Virus record (IMG/VR): IMGVR_UViG_3300017774_005853
Span: 1-27,379 of that record
From: a virus
Taxonomy: Duplodnaviria > Caudoviricetes
DNA: 27,379 nt
Strand: one strand, 5' to 3'
Part shown: positions 26,824 through 27,379 of the stretch, in pieces
How positions within the stretch are numbered: the first letter of the stretch is position 1
Layout: the number at the start of each line of letters is the position of its first letter
Notes under the pieces: generated by a model
Databases searched by the model: none
The model's input: the letters and a program-made list of their open reading frames with translations, nothing else
Told to the model about the DNA's origin: nothing
Made by a program: the position numbers and the translations under genes

Positions 26824-27378
26824 TTATCCGATTCTTGGGTATTTGCCAGGCGTTTGCGCCGGAAAGCCACCGCCCACAATGGGCATATCTGGAACAATCC
26901 AACTGGTAATTGATTCAGCAAAAAATAGAATTATAGCCCAAACAAGCAACACTACCCACATTGAGCAGCCTGCATACACAAGCCATAAATATACATTGAT
27001 TAGCAGGGTAATAATAACCACCCAGGCAATCACCATCAACACGCCGGCGGACCATTGGTGTACGCGCACAAGGAACGGGCCAAGGACGGGAACACCGTGA
27101 AAATTCACCGCGCTATCACTTGCCGCCGTTTTTGCCATATATCGAAGCAGCCCAGCAAGCCCGATTAATACCGGGAGCAAAAAGCCGGAAAAAAACCACA
27201 TCGCCAACTGCCAAAGCGGGGTAATACCACGTTTCACGCCGTTGGCCGTTTCGGTGATTTGCCGCTTCGCATTTTCGGCAAACTGCACCGCTTGCATGGA
27301 ATCCATAAGCACGCCGTTCCCCTCTGTTGGTAGCGCGCTAACCGGCGCATCGGGAACAGAAGCATGCCCACTTTCAAT
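26824..27378 (-). CDS. Multi-pass membrane protein, 5' end outside the window
   Basis: About 3 hydrophobic segments; the frame stays open upstream of 27312 to the window edge (IESGHASVPDAPVSALPTEGNGVLM). Confidence 0.7.
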   Translation of the reverse strand: MESGHASVPDAPVSALPTEGNGVLMDSMQAVQFAENAKRQITETANGVKRGITPLWQLAMWFFSGFLLPVLIGLAGLLRYMAKTAASDSAVNFHGVPVLGPFLVRVHQWSAGVLMVIAWVVIITLLINVYLWLVYAGCSMWVVLLVWAIILFFAESITSWIVPDMPIVGGGFPAQTPGKYPRIG

Positions 27379-27379
27379 A

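Noticed and set aside
1-27379. Gene transfer agent, tRNA genes, integrase or att site
   Set aside because: Accessory genes, cos-type packaging genes and mosaic features fit a true phage. No tRNA or integrase was recognised, so prophage versus free phage cannot be decided from this window.

Overview
The window is the packaging, head, tail and lysis arm of an HK97-like siphovirus or prophage. The host is probably Bacteroidota: starts sit in A-rich contexts without a Shine-Dalgarno, and signal peptides are cleaved before Gln. The + strand carries a candidate cos site, TerS, a DNA methyltransferase, and TerL split into separate ATPase and nuclease ORFs. These are followed by a SAM methyltransferase, a glycosyltransferase and a T5orf172 nuclease, then portal, protease, capsid, neck and tail genes. 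The tail chaperone has a clear -1 frameshift, followed by tape measure, a large tail-tip/fibre protein and a collar-like protein. The most unusual part is 19.5-24.9 kb. It holds a fibre-like protein and a partner that both carry Sec signal peptides, then a lysis cassette in which a multi-TM holin-like domain is fused through a signal-peptidase-like site to an intact subtilisin (S8) protease, next to a GH19 endolysin. After a terminator, a convergent operon encodes a membrane-anchored lytic transglycosylase, a membrane-anchored T5orf172/GIY-YIG nuclease and another membrane protein. All calls come from motif recognition and synteny by eye; no searches were run.
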